Origin: Hamiltosporidium tvaerminnensis FI-OER-3-3
Taxonomy: Eukaryota; Fungi; Microsporidia
DNA length: 64,000 nt
Assembly (NCBI GenBank): GCA_022605425.2
Contig: JAKIMF020000011.1
Span: 372,001 to 436,000 of the forward strand
Direction of reading: 5' to 3'
In this document: positions 1-10,681 of the stretch, in pieces
How positions within the stretch are numbered: position 1 is the first letter of the stretch
Layout: each line of letters starts with the position of its first letter
Program-made: the position numbers and the translations under genes
Notes under the pieces: model-generated
Database searches by the model: none
The model's input: only the letters and a program-made list of their open reading frames with translations
Told to the model about the DNA's origin: nothing

Positions 1-122
1 GCAATCAATATAATAATTTTTCGATCAATATAATAATCCTTGCAATCAATATAATAATCCTTGCAATCAATATAATAATCCTTGCAATCAATATAATAAT
101 TATTTTAAAAAAATAGAAATTT
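1..122. repeat. Left TIR of tandem 20-21-bp units (TGCAATCAATATAATAATCCT / TCGATCAATATAATAATTTT type)
   Basis: Visible tandem units, mirrored at 1400-1439 and 2077-2177. Confidence 0.9.
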
Positions 123-156
123 AAAAAATAAAATTATAGATAGTACTTGAGATTTA

Positions 157-1323
157 TTATTCAAGAGTCACTTGCCCTACTTCAGACTTTTGCAAATATC
201 CTAAAATTTTACGGTAAAAAGAACTACAATGTTCTCCCGTGATCTCATTAAATTTTTCACAAATTAATATTCTCAACTGAAGCTCAGTAAGAGCACCGCC
301 TCGAATTACTTTATTTTTCCAGACTGACAATACATTCTCAATTGGATTAAGAAATGGAGAGTAAGGTGGAAGATATTTTATCATACGAAGCAATTTCCTC
401 ATCATCATTCAATACCCGATAGTGATGAATTCTCGCATTGTCCATTACAAATATTGGAGTCTAAGTTCCTTGCCGTTGACAACTTTCATTAATCTCCTTA
501 ATGTATAATTTTAAATCCTCATCATTTATGGCCCTCTCATGAATCTTATGGTATATCATACCATATTTGTTCATTGCTGCGACTACTGAAATATTTCTAC
601 TTCGAGCTGCTGTTACAGATAGGTATGCAGATTCACCTCTCATGTTACGACCTCTACTGGGGCGTGTGACTACTGCAAACCCAACTTCATCTAAAAAGAC
701 AAAGTTTTTTCATCGTTATCAACCTCCAACTCACGAAAACTAGTTGCGTAATTGGTTCTTAGCTCAATTGTCGAAAGTGTATTTCTACGCTCAGACACTA
801 ATGTTACACGCTTTAGAGTGTAATGGAACTCCCTTAGTGCGCGATCAATTGTACTAGTTGACACATCAATATTAAATGTACATTTGACCCATTCTGCCAA
901 CTCATACAGGGTTTTTGTACATTCCAAATCAACATAGGCTTGTAAGCTCTCTTTTATTTCCAAGCTTAACTTTGAGCGCCTATCACCACCTCTTTTATCG
1001 ACAAATACCAAGCCAGTTTTAAAATATCGTCTAACGATACTATTAACCGTCTGGTAATTTATTCGATACATCGAGGCAATTGCGGACATAGAATAGCCTT
1101 CTAATGTCTTTTCAATTATGCGTTCCCGATCATTAATAGAAACTTTTTGTTTCCTCAGAGTTGGAATGGTGGATAGTGAGAGATTTTCATCATGCGATCC
1201 AGATGTTTCTACAAGACACTTCAAAACATTGTCATTTTCGCACTCTATATATTCCGGTGTTTCACCTACATGAAAATCATATTTGTTCTCGTTGGTATTT
1301 TTACCTGAAAAAGAATTTGACAT
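157..1323 (-). pseudogene. Tc1-like DDE transposase pseudogene (HTH + DD34E)
   Basis: N-terminal HTH region with RGG linker, then VFLDEVGF (~670-700), FVMDNARIHH (~420-452) and YLPPYSPFLNPIE; D-to-E spacing 34 after reconstruction. Frameshift in an A6 run near 705, in-frame TAG at 461-463, second frameshift near 385. CCCCC directly before the ATG. Confidence 0.9.
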
Positions 1324-1439
1324 GGGGGTTAATTTTATAATGAATGAATTATTTTTTAAATTTTTATTTTATAAATTTCTATTTTTTTAATTTTTTTATA
1401 AATTTCTATTTTTTTAAAATAATTATTATATTGATTGCA

Positions 1440-2076
1440 TTGTTCCATGGGAGTTTGTATGAGGAGGAGAGGTCTAAGAAATGGAGAAACTTTTTCTACA
1501 AATTTATTTGTAGTTTTTTATGCAACCAGATTGCAGACCGCAGCTGAACATGTAGGTAATTGCCATGTAAAAGCATGGAAACCTAGCCTTGCTCACTCGG
1601 GTTAGAAGACTTAGCGCCTGGGATATATAAAAATAAAAACCATTAAAAGCCGGGAAAGCTAAGTAGCAGGTTATACCTGTTGGTATGACATTGCACTGTC
1701 TAGGTGACCCCATGTAAATCTCTGAAATATATCTTAGCTAGAAGTTTACTGGGTTCAGAAAGTGTAGAGTAAGTGGGAATGCTGCAAAGTCTTGGGGGAG
1801 CCCAGGGGGGGCTTCGGCCTTCGATCACACTCCATGCAACGGACATTAACGAACTCCGGGCAACTGCCTCGCCTATTAATTAGGTTCTACACACCTGGTA
1901 GATGAAAGGCTTTGGGACGTAGGTATCGCAGGGGTTACCGATGGAGTGTTGGGGTAGCAGTTATTTATGTTAAACCTAGAACTGCGTTAATGTCATGAAA
2001 ACAAATATAACACTTGCCACTGTTTTAAAAAAGATGTGATACTTTTAAATAAAGTATTTATTCTAAAAAAAAAAAA
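1440..2076 (+). mobile_element. Structured non-coding retroposon (~740-nt family), copy 1: 5'-truncated, poly(A)-tailed
   Basis: Reverse complement of most of 55046-55680 and 29780-30400. Ends AATAAAGTATTTATTCT-A12. Flanked by ATATTGATTGCA at 1428-1439 and 2077-2088. Confidence 0.85.
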
Positions 2077-2177
2077 ATATTGATTGCAAGGATTATTATA
2101 TTGATTGCAAGGATTATTATATTGATCGAAAAATTATTATATTGATTGCAAGGATTATTATATTGATCGAAAAACCC
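2077..2177. repeat. Outer part of right TIR (tandem ATTATTATATTGATTGCAAGG / ATTATTATATTGATCGAAAA units)
   Basis: Reverse complement of the window start. Confidence 0.9.
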
Positions 2178-2809
2178 TATATATTAATTTTAGATATTTT
2201 GAAAAAAATTGATTATGATTGGTATCTTACCTGTCGATTATTGTTACAGGAGAGCCTGCATAAAAAAAGAGTTCTCGCGAGAAAGAAGATGGAATCTTTA
2301 CTTTTTTTACGCAAATACTTGGCGAGGGCGTATTCAAGACTTATTAAAGTTTCATGGCGAGAAACTTAAAAGTTTACTAATCATACAAGAAAAAAGACAT
2401 ACATCAATTTTACTTATATAGGTTATTCACCAATTAAGTATTAAAATATCATTTTTACATTTAATAAATAATTCTACGAAAAAAATATTTTCGCTTTTAC
2501 ATTAATATTACAGTTTTAAAACTTATTTTCAAACTTAAATTTTTCAATAAAATTTTTTTCATTTTAAGAAATTTTCTAGGTTTTATATTATAAAAGTAAT
2601 TTAATATGATTTTCTTTGTAAAATAAAAAAAAAAACCAAATTTTCAATAAAGAAATTACTTAAATAAATAGATTTGATAAAGAAAACTACATAAATAGTA
2701 AAAATTTAAATTATAATTGATTTATAATCAGAAGAATAAATACTTTAAATGCAATGCGCTTTTTAAAATTAATATAAATTGCTTTTTTACACCTTCTAAA
2801 AGTTTACAG

Positions 2810-4480
2810 ATGTTTTTTTTAAGTTTGCATTATAATTTCTTTCTAATATGTACGAATTGTTCAAACAATCAACGAAGAGAAATGTATGAAAACGTACTTG
2901 GGTATAGTCGTCATTCAAATGATAGACTTAGCATCAGACATGAAGAAATAAGAAGAAGGCAACAGTATTCCAATAATATAGATTCATATAGCCGTAATCT
3001 ATCTGGAAGAGATAATTTGAGGTTAAATTATAACAGAGGAGAAAATTATTCTAGAATAAATGGGAATGGGTCTGCTCAAAGAACCAATATTTTATTAAAT
3101 CGACGTTCTATTCATATGCAAGATAATTCACGTGACATTATAATCCCAATGACCGCTATAGATACGAATGAACATACCGATCCTGTTACACCAGAGAACA
3201 TTCGACAAATCGAATTCTTCAATTCAAATTTTACTCTAGCAGATTTACCACGACCACCCCGACAACCCCGACCATTTCCAGTTCAACATACACCATTGCC
3301 AACCGAACCATTTCCAGTCCAACAAACATCAGTACAACCATTGACATTTCGTTCAACACCGTTCGAATCAACTCCTTTGCAGATAATTCAATTTCAACCA
3401 ACACCATCATCAATTCAACAATTTTTACGCACAGACACTTCGTTACAAAACACACAGTTATATCCATTTTTATTACAAACACCACCATTACAACCGTTTT
3501 CATATGCGCAACTACCATCTCAACATTTTTTATCGCCGCATCCGCTTATTGAACCCACACCGTACCAACAATTTCCATTTATATTATTTAGCTTTCAACA
3601 AATGACATTCCATTCAACACCATTCCAGGCTATATCATCCCAACCTATTCCACCCCAACCTATTCCACCCCAACCTATTCCACCTCAGCTTATTCTACCC
3701 CAGCTTATTCTACCCCAGCCTATACTATTCCAGGTTATATCATCCCAACCTATTCCACCCCAACCTATTCCACCTCAGCTTATTCCACCCCAACCTATTC
3801 CACCTCAGCTTATCCCACCCCAACCTATCCCACCCCAGCTTATTACACTCCAGCCTATACCATTCCAGCCTATATCATCACAACCATTACGACCCCAGTC
3901 TATACCATTCCAGTCTATACCATTCCAGTCTATACAATTCCAGTCTATACCATTCCAGTCTATACCATTCCAGTCTATACCATTCCAGCCTATATCATCT
4001 CAACCATCACTATCTCAACAATTACCATTCCAGCCAATACCACCACAGCCAATACTACCGCAGCCAATGTCATCCCAACCCATATCATCTTCATCCATAT
4101 TATCATCTTTTTCTATATCATCTCCATCTATATCATCTCCATCTATATCATCTCCATCTATATCATCCCAACCTATATCATCCCAACCTATATCACCCCA
4201 GCAAATACCACCCCAGCAAATACCACCCCAGCAAATACCACCCCAGCAAATACCACCCCAGCCAATGTCATTACAAACAATACCACCGCAGCCAATGTCA
4301 TCCCAACCATTTCAAGACATGTTCAATCCAAGGATCCTCCATGAAAGCACATTCGAACAAAACACAATAAACGCACACCCACAAGGATTCACAGCAGATC
4401 GGATCGCACAAAATCCGCACATATCACGCCAGAACACAGAGAATTTCCTCGTTTCTCATGCGATCTCAAGATTTCTTTAA
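2810..4480 (+). CDS. Putative secreted Pro/Gln-rich pentapeptide-repeat protein
   Basis: Long ORF. The likely start is ATG 2810 (the track start at 2717 is non-ATG), giving the signal-like MFFLSLHYNFFLICTNCS. QPIPP/QSIPF/QQIPP/SPSIS repeats. C-terminus and 3' flank are similar to 31260-31958. Confidence 0.8.
   Translation: MFFLSLHYNFFLICTNCSNNQRREMYENVLGYSRHSNDRLSIRHEEIRRRQQYSNNIDSYSRNLSGRDNLRLNYNRGENYSRINGNGSAQRTNILLNRRSIHMQDNSRDIIIPMTAIDTNEHTDPVTPENIRQIEFFNSNFTLADLPRPPRQPRPFPVQHTPLPTEPFPVQQTSVQPLTFRSTPFESTPLQIIQFQPTPSSIQQFLRTDTSLQNTQLYPFLLQTPPLQPFSYAQLPSQHFLSPHPLIEPTPYQQFPFILFSFQQMTFHSTPFQAISSQPIPPQPIPPQPIPPQLILPQLILPQPILFQVISSQPIPPQPIPPQLIPPQPIPPQLIPPQPIPPQLITLQPIPFQPISSQPLRPQSIPFQSIPFQSIQFQSIPFQSIPFQSIPFQPISSQPSLSQQLPFQPIPPQPILPQPMSSQPISSSSILSSFSISSPSISSPSISSPSISSQPISSQPISPQQIPPQQIPPQQIPPQQIPPQPMSLQTIPPQPMSSQPFQDMFNPRILHESTFEQNTINAHPQGFTADRIAQNPHISRQNTENFLVSHAISRFL
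3610..4310 (+). repeat. Coding 15-bp minisatellite
   Basis: Blocks of CAACCTATTCCACCC, CAGTCTATACCATTC, TCTCCATCTATATCA and CAGCAAATACCACCC. Confidence 0.9.
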
Positions 4481-4764
4481 TTTAAATCATTTGATACCAT
4501 ATTATGAAAATTCTACTCCACTTTGATTCTACTAATAGCCATTAAAATAAAATAGTTTTATTTATTAAAATATTTAACTAAATAAAGTTTTTATATTTGA
4601 TAACCTCCATAAAAATTTATATTTTTTTTTTCAAAATTTCATTGATTTCATGGTCTAATTCTTTTTTAAAACAAAAAAAATAAGAGAGCCATAAAAACTA
4701 CTCAATTTTGCATAAGTTTTGTTTATAAATAAAACATGAAACCCACTTATTTCTTCTATCAGAG

Positions 4765-4910
4765 AAAGGATGACCACATTAAAAAATATCTGGTTAGCAA
4801 CGAGTGCGTATAATTAGAGTGAAAATTATTGTTGCCTTTTTAATCTAATATAAACCACATAAAATCTATAGGCTAATCTTTTATAATTCCCATTTACAAT
4901 AGGATGAAAG
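4765..4910 (+). mobile_element. Diverged fragment related to the 5' head of the 740-nt retroposon
   Basis: GGATGACCACATTAAAAAATATCTGGTTAGCAACGAGTGCGT vs element GGATAACCACATAAAAAACTTTCTGCTTGGCAATGAGTGTGT; continues like the 14008 copy. Confidence 0.6.
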
Positions 4911-6980
4911 AAAATAATAAAAAAAAATTATTTGGTCCTCCTCGACACCGTTAGGTAAAAGAGAAATAGGCAAGTATATAAGCTTTTTTTTTCTAATTTC
5001 AATAGATAAACAATGAAAATCCAGAAGGAAATATTTTAAGAAGGTTTATTTAAGTATACATGTTCTAAATAAGATTAATCACTAGCATGGCAAATTTTTA
5101 CAACTAAATATTAAATTTATTTCAAAAATGTTTTCTAAAATAATAAATTTAGTTGTTCTTCAAAAAACGAGCGAAAGAAAAGTATTAAAACAACAGGTTT
5201 TAATGTGTGCTATAACTGAACTATAATTTAAAAAATGTCTAACCCACATCTACATATAGAGTTATCACATATAAGAATCCAAAAAATATTTTACACCTTT
5301 TCTTAATTCTATTGGTTCATTTTGTAGTCAAAATCAATATTTCTTTTTATCTTTTGCAGGCTTATAATGTTGTCTACTTTTTTTATTCATATGACTTGAT
5401 GAAGAAGAATGAAGTTATTATTATTAAATCACATGAAGTTATTTTAAATATGATAAAAATAAATTTGATTAAACAAAACCTAGCGGTAATAAATAATGCG
5501 CTTTCTTAACTATAGGCGCAACAGACAATTAAAAAGCAAAAAACTATAAATCAATTACTTCAAATTTTTCATATATAAAACAAAAACATTTATAAGTAGG
5601 ATGAGACTTCGAGGACTATTTGGAAAAATAAAATGCAATATTTGACACTTCACTTTTGTTCACTGTCATATTATTTATATCACAAAAATATAATATTTTT
5701 ATTTTATAGTTTAAAATTAAGAAACGGGATGCCTTGATGAATCAAACCAATAAAGACAATTCTTTTATGTATAAAATAATTCTTATTAAATTACAAAAGA
5801 AAGGAGGGCAGGAAGACAATCTCCTTGTTAGAAACTTACTTCAAACTTAGCTTCCTTCTAGAATATTACGGCAATAAAAAAGAATAAAGGCGATGAATAG
5901 TACGCCAAACTCACCTTTATCAGTGTAGAAAAAAAAGAATCGACAAAAAAGTCTAAAATTGTTTACCTTAAAAAGATATTAATCAATACGCCGCATCTCT
6001 AAAACAAATTAAAATTACAGAAATATGTAAACATTGTTTGAATTTTTACCATTATTTTATTCATTTACGTTTTAAAATATCGAAAAATAAGGCATTCTAC
6101 CCGCTCTAAGGTAAATATTTATATAAAAAGTCAATTATTTATTTAAAAAGTGGTTACAAGGGAAAATTTTAAAATTCTGTTGTAATATTATTTCTATGCC
6201 TAGAAAACACCAGGTTTATAAGAGGAAACCTTAGATATTCTCCAAAGCAGAACCATGGAAAAAGAGTGAGGTTAATCACACTGGTGTAAGTAAATTCTGA
6301 ATACATTATAATGCATAGAAAATAAACTGGGTTAGAATTTTTTGATATAATTTTATTTATTTTTAATATTTCATGAAGAAACCTATAAATATGTCATCAA
6401 GGCGGGTAGTATACATCCCAAATAGTATGATAATTTGCGGTCGCAGACAATTCAGCCGAAAAATAGAGTTCTGAAATACTAAAAGAGAAATCATACATTG
6501 CATATGTTTATAATTCACTAAAAAAATAAACTATATATGCGTTAAAGTAGTATGAAGTGCAAGCCTCTATGTTTAATACCAAGAGAGTTAACATGAGTCA
6601 TAGAGACAATGTTTTATAGAAAATTCGAAGTGCCAATGTTTTATTACCGTTGTATCCATTTAATGTAGAGTTCGAATACTCGTTCAAGATTCTTTGGTCT
6701 AAATAAATTGACACGATGAAACAATAGGATTTATTTATACGAAGAAGCTAAATTGTAAGATGAAGGGTTTGCTCTTATATTTCCAAGGTCTTTAATAAGA
6801 AATATCAAAATTTACCTCCAAAAAAAATTTTGTTCTATTCTGATGTTTATTTCATTTTTCTCTTTTTTTAAGTGTTTTGAATATCCTTTTCAGCTTTTAT
6901 TACTAATTTGCTTTATTTCCGTATATAAGTAATTACTCATTATATGGATAAACTTATAGTTACGATTCTTAATGTAAGTT

Positions 6981-7742
6981 CTATTTAAATAATTCTGTTA
7001 AAAAACTTTGATTTTCATCTAAATAAGCGAATCTTACAAAAGAATTATCATTAGTAATTTCATATTCTTCTTTTCCTACTATTTCATTACCTCCATCGAT
7101 AATACAATCTGATTCTGCATCAGGAATTTTCTGAAGTTTAACTCTAATTTTACTAGTTATTGGAACGACTATCGATTTTATTTTGGTATCTGGTGGGCAT
7201 ACAAAGGTTATGATCATTACGTTACAATCGTTTGAAACTATAGAGCCGCCTGCAGATAAGTTGTAACCGGATGATCCTGTAGGGGTAGCAATAATAACCG
7301 AATCACATCTGATTTCACAAATAAATTTATTATCGATAAAAATTTTAAATTTATTTAGTTTTCCACACGCTTTTCTTGAAATTATAACATCATTTAAAAA
7401 ATATCCGCCATCCTTTAAAAAGAGTCGTTTTCGTTTTAAAAATTTTATTTCATTTTCATTTTTATTAATTTTTAAAACCATTTTTTCTACTTCTGATGGT
7501 TTTATAGGACACAAAAATCCTTTAAATCCGTGATTTACAGCGTAAATATTTGGAATTTCACTCATATTTAATTTTTGTAATATTTTCAAAACCGTTCCAT
7601 CTCCACCCAAAATAAAAATACCTTTTATTTCTTTTATATTTAGTTTTTCAAGAGAAAAACAACAATTCAAATTATCTTTTATAAATTGAAAAGATTTTTC
7701 GACTTCTTTTTCTTTAATCATTTGATAAAACACAAGAAACAT
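6981..7742 (-). CDS. NADK: NAD kinase
   Basis: GGDGT motif, FLND, IIATPTGSSGYNLSAGG and IDG; CCC 8-10 nt upstream of the ATG. Confidence 0.92.
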   Translation of the reverse strand: MFLVFYQMIKEKEVEKSFQFIKDNLNCCFSLEKLNIKEIKGIFILGGDGTVLKILQKLNMSEIPNIYAVNHGFKGFLCPIKPSEVEKMVLKINKNENEIKFLKRKRLFLKDGGYFLNDVIISRKACGKLNKFKIFIDNKFICEIRCDSVIIATPTGSSGYNLSAGGSIVSNDCNVMIITFVCPPDTKIKSIVVPITSKIRVKLQKIPDAESDCIIDGGNEIVGKEEYEITNDNSFVRFAYLDENQSFLTELFK

Positions 7743-9239
7743 TTTCCTAGGGAATATTTTTAACCATTTTTGCCAGGTTTTTACGGGTTTTTTTTTACAG
7801 TTTCCTATTAATTTTACAGTTTTTTTTGTTCCAAAAATTTACAAATAAATGCATCCATCATAGAAATTAAAAACTAAAAAAGGTTTTTCTTAAATATTTC
7901 TTCGAAAAATTCAAAAACAAATTCTTATCATTATTCCCTATCAAGGAATTCGATCGATTATAAATTATTTATTTATAAAAAATGTGACAGCATATACTTC
8001 CATTCTAAAATTTTACATTTAATTTTTCACAATTTGTTTATATTCGTTTTTTAAAATATATCTTGAAAGTTAAATTGGTTCATTAAAACAAATTAGAAGA
8101 AAATAATTTAAATAAAAAATTATTTTCTTGTTTTTTATTTAAAAACTTAAAATATATATTATCTTAATATATATTTTGAATCCGTCTTTTTGTATTTATT
8201 TTTTATTAAGTCTAGATTTTTACAATATTTTATACTTAATTTTATTTCTCTTCATTTTATTTCTCTTCATTTAATTTCTCGTATTTAGATTCTATTCCTT
8301 TTCTTTTATATTCTTCATTTTCTTCTGATTATCTCAGCATATTTTTAATAAAAAAATTTATGACGAAAATGTAAAAATACATTCTTCTATTTTTGAGTAT
8401 CTCATGCTTTCTATATTAGATTTACGTTATATTTTCAGATTTTTTAGCAATAAATAATTATTTTGGTATTTCTTTCAAAAAAGTAACAAATTTAAGATGG
8501 TTTCTTGAATAGAAAAAAAAATTTTCTTATTTAATCGATTAGAAACATTAAAATTAGAAAATACATATTTTTTCGAAAGTTCAGCTTTTTAAAGCTCATA
8601 AAACTGATAAAATAATTTTAGATTTCAAAACCGCAATTCTAATTAAATTCTTATTACATTTATTAAAATATTTTTAAATCAAATTTTCGACTTAGAAATA
8701 ATTTCTGTTTATTACAAAAACTGAAATTCTTTTTGGAAAAAACGATTCCAATCGAAATTTATGTATAAACATTATAATTCAAGGAAACATGTGTTCAATT
8801 AATTGGATTAAATAACTTTAAAAGCTACGATTTAATTTGAGAAAAAATTAAACAAGTTTATAAACTGAGGTTCGAGCAACTTTTTTTTGTTTTTTTCGTG
8901 TGTGTTTTTAAAAATTTGTTGTATTAAAAAGCTTTATAACTCGAGTTATTAGAAAATTAATCTATAATACACATAAAGCTTATTTTGGAAACAGGCGGGT
9001 GTTTCTGATTTCAAACAGTTTTCCCTTAAATTTTTTAAATTATTAAAGTTAATCGTAAAGCAGAATATATATGGCAAAATAATTTTTTAAGGAAGGAAAG
9101 TATTACATGTGAAAAAACGGTAGAGATGGCAAGTAAGTATTTATAAGTTAAAATTTATAGATTATTTAAAAATTTAGATCTACGTGTTCCATTTTTCGGT
9201 GGATTAATACATCACTGTTACTATTACGTTTTATTAAAT

Positions 9240-9598
9240 TTTTATTTAATGACCTACTTGGTTAAAATGTTTCAATCCCACTCTTATTATTTTCTTTGAC
9301 CTCCTTAACCACCATCATTTCTTCTTCTAAATCCAACTTTTTATTTATGTTTATGGTCGGATTCTTTAGTCTGGTTTCTGCATTTAAAATAGTGATTGTA
9401 CTATTTTTTGCTTAGGAAATGTTTAACACCATCTTCCATGTTAATCGCTTGTTTTAAGGGAATTATTGGTTTCGTGCATCTAGACGCTCTTAATAACACA
9501 TATGTACGCTCTTATTCAGTATTATTCGGCACTTGGTCTCAGTTCGAACTCAAGTTCTATTCGTCGAGCAAAGAAATCGTTTGATTTTCTTCTTAATG
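9240..9598 (-). mobile_element. Decayed coding fragment, probably the 3' end of an RLE-type non-LTR retrotransposon
   Basis: Reconstructed TISFARRIELE...RPSAE...MHE.PIIPLKQ..MEDGV...PTIN...EEEMMVVKEVKEN with stops and frameshifts, followed by AATAAA. Resembles, from recall only, the C-terminal tail of microsporidian RLE-type RT proteins; needs tBLASTn. Confidence 0.4.
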
Positions 9599-10681
9599 GA
9601 CATATAAATATTAAATAACGACCTTTAAAATAATCAGACAATTGAATGAACAAGACTGATAATATTTTTGAGTGATAAAGCGAGAAATATAGCAATTACA
9701 TCTATACAAAGCCTTTAATTAAAATATTTAAAAGAATAACTTTGTTTTACAGGGAGCGCTATTTAAGGTATTGTAATATCAAAGAAAAAAGCTTGAAATA
9801 CTGAGTATAATGGTTTAAAAGTTTTATATTTCAGTATTTATTCGAATAAGATTATTTTTTTCCTATGTTTTACTCTGCCTCTTTTTTGGTTAAAATTGAC
9901 ACTTAATTATTCTTTCTATATTTGTCGTGATATTTTTGGGATGACTCAGTTTGTTTACAATTTAAAGCTTGAATACATCCATAGTGATTGCCTCACAGAT
10001 CATTTCTTACTGGTTTGGATGTATAATTAAGTATGAGCGGTTATAAAATTAGCTACTCTTCAAACGAAAGCACTGAAATTTGGTTTACAAACTTCAATCG
10101 GTGTTTTTTTGTGATTTAGAACCAAATTTTAGATCAATAGAAACTTTTTTGATGTTTTTTTTCTTATTATAATAGATTTGATAGATATCTGTATTCTAGC
10201 TGGTATTAAAAGATTTTTAAAAGAACGCGCCGGAGTATTTATTATACCATTATGATATTTCCCAAAGAGATCATAACTAGATTACACATAGAAATAAAAC
10301 AGCAGTTATTAACATTTAGTATATTGTCTCTGTTTCCCATTTAGACAATCTGTAAATTTTCTGTTCCAAAATAAATTTAATATCCATTATAACTTATTTA
10401 TATTTCTCCATGTATTTGACTATTGAATATCTTACTCTAGCTTGAATTGAAATGATTTATATATTTGTAAACTACGAAAACATTCATTTTTATTTTATTT
10501 GCAACTTTTTAATAATTTTACAAAGAGTTTACACAAAACACATATTACTTGGAATATAAAACATTTATTAATCAGATTAAAACGTAATAAAAATATTTTT
10601 GAGATGATTAAAATAAAAATACAATATATTCCCGATAAAGAAAATATAAAATAATACCAAACATGAAAAAAAGAGCCCATA

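Larger units (their letters stand above)
1..2177 (-). mobile_element. Tc1/mariner (IS630-Tc1, DD34E) DNA transposon, defective; left end cut off by window; right TIR interrupted by a retroposon
   Basis: 1-~122 is the reverse complement of ~1400-1439 plus 2077 onward. The outer end ...GATCGAAAAACCC is followed by TA (2178-2179). Encloses a DDE transposase. Confidence 0.9.

Noticed and set aside
691-712. Programmed -1 frameshift as in bacterial IS630
   Set aside because: No in-frame X-XXY-YYZ heptamer, and an extra stop and frameshift follow, so simple decay (A7 to A6) explains it.
1750-1995. RNase P/MRP, SRP or group I intron identity for the element
   Set aside because: Only short look-alikes (GAAAGT, AGAACTGCGTTA, AAGATATA) without proper pairing or order; an Rfam search is needed.
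3231-3518. Antisense ORFs (also 10878, 24408, 35821, 41110)
   Set aside because: Shadows of real genes on the opposite strand.
6660-6690. tRNA T-loop-like GTTCGAAT (similar at 8870, 15617, 18523)
   Set aside because: No cloverleaf can be built; no tRNA or rRNA gene was found in the window.
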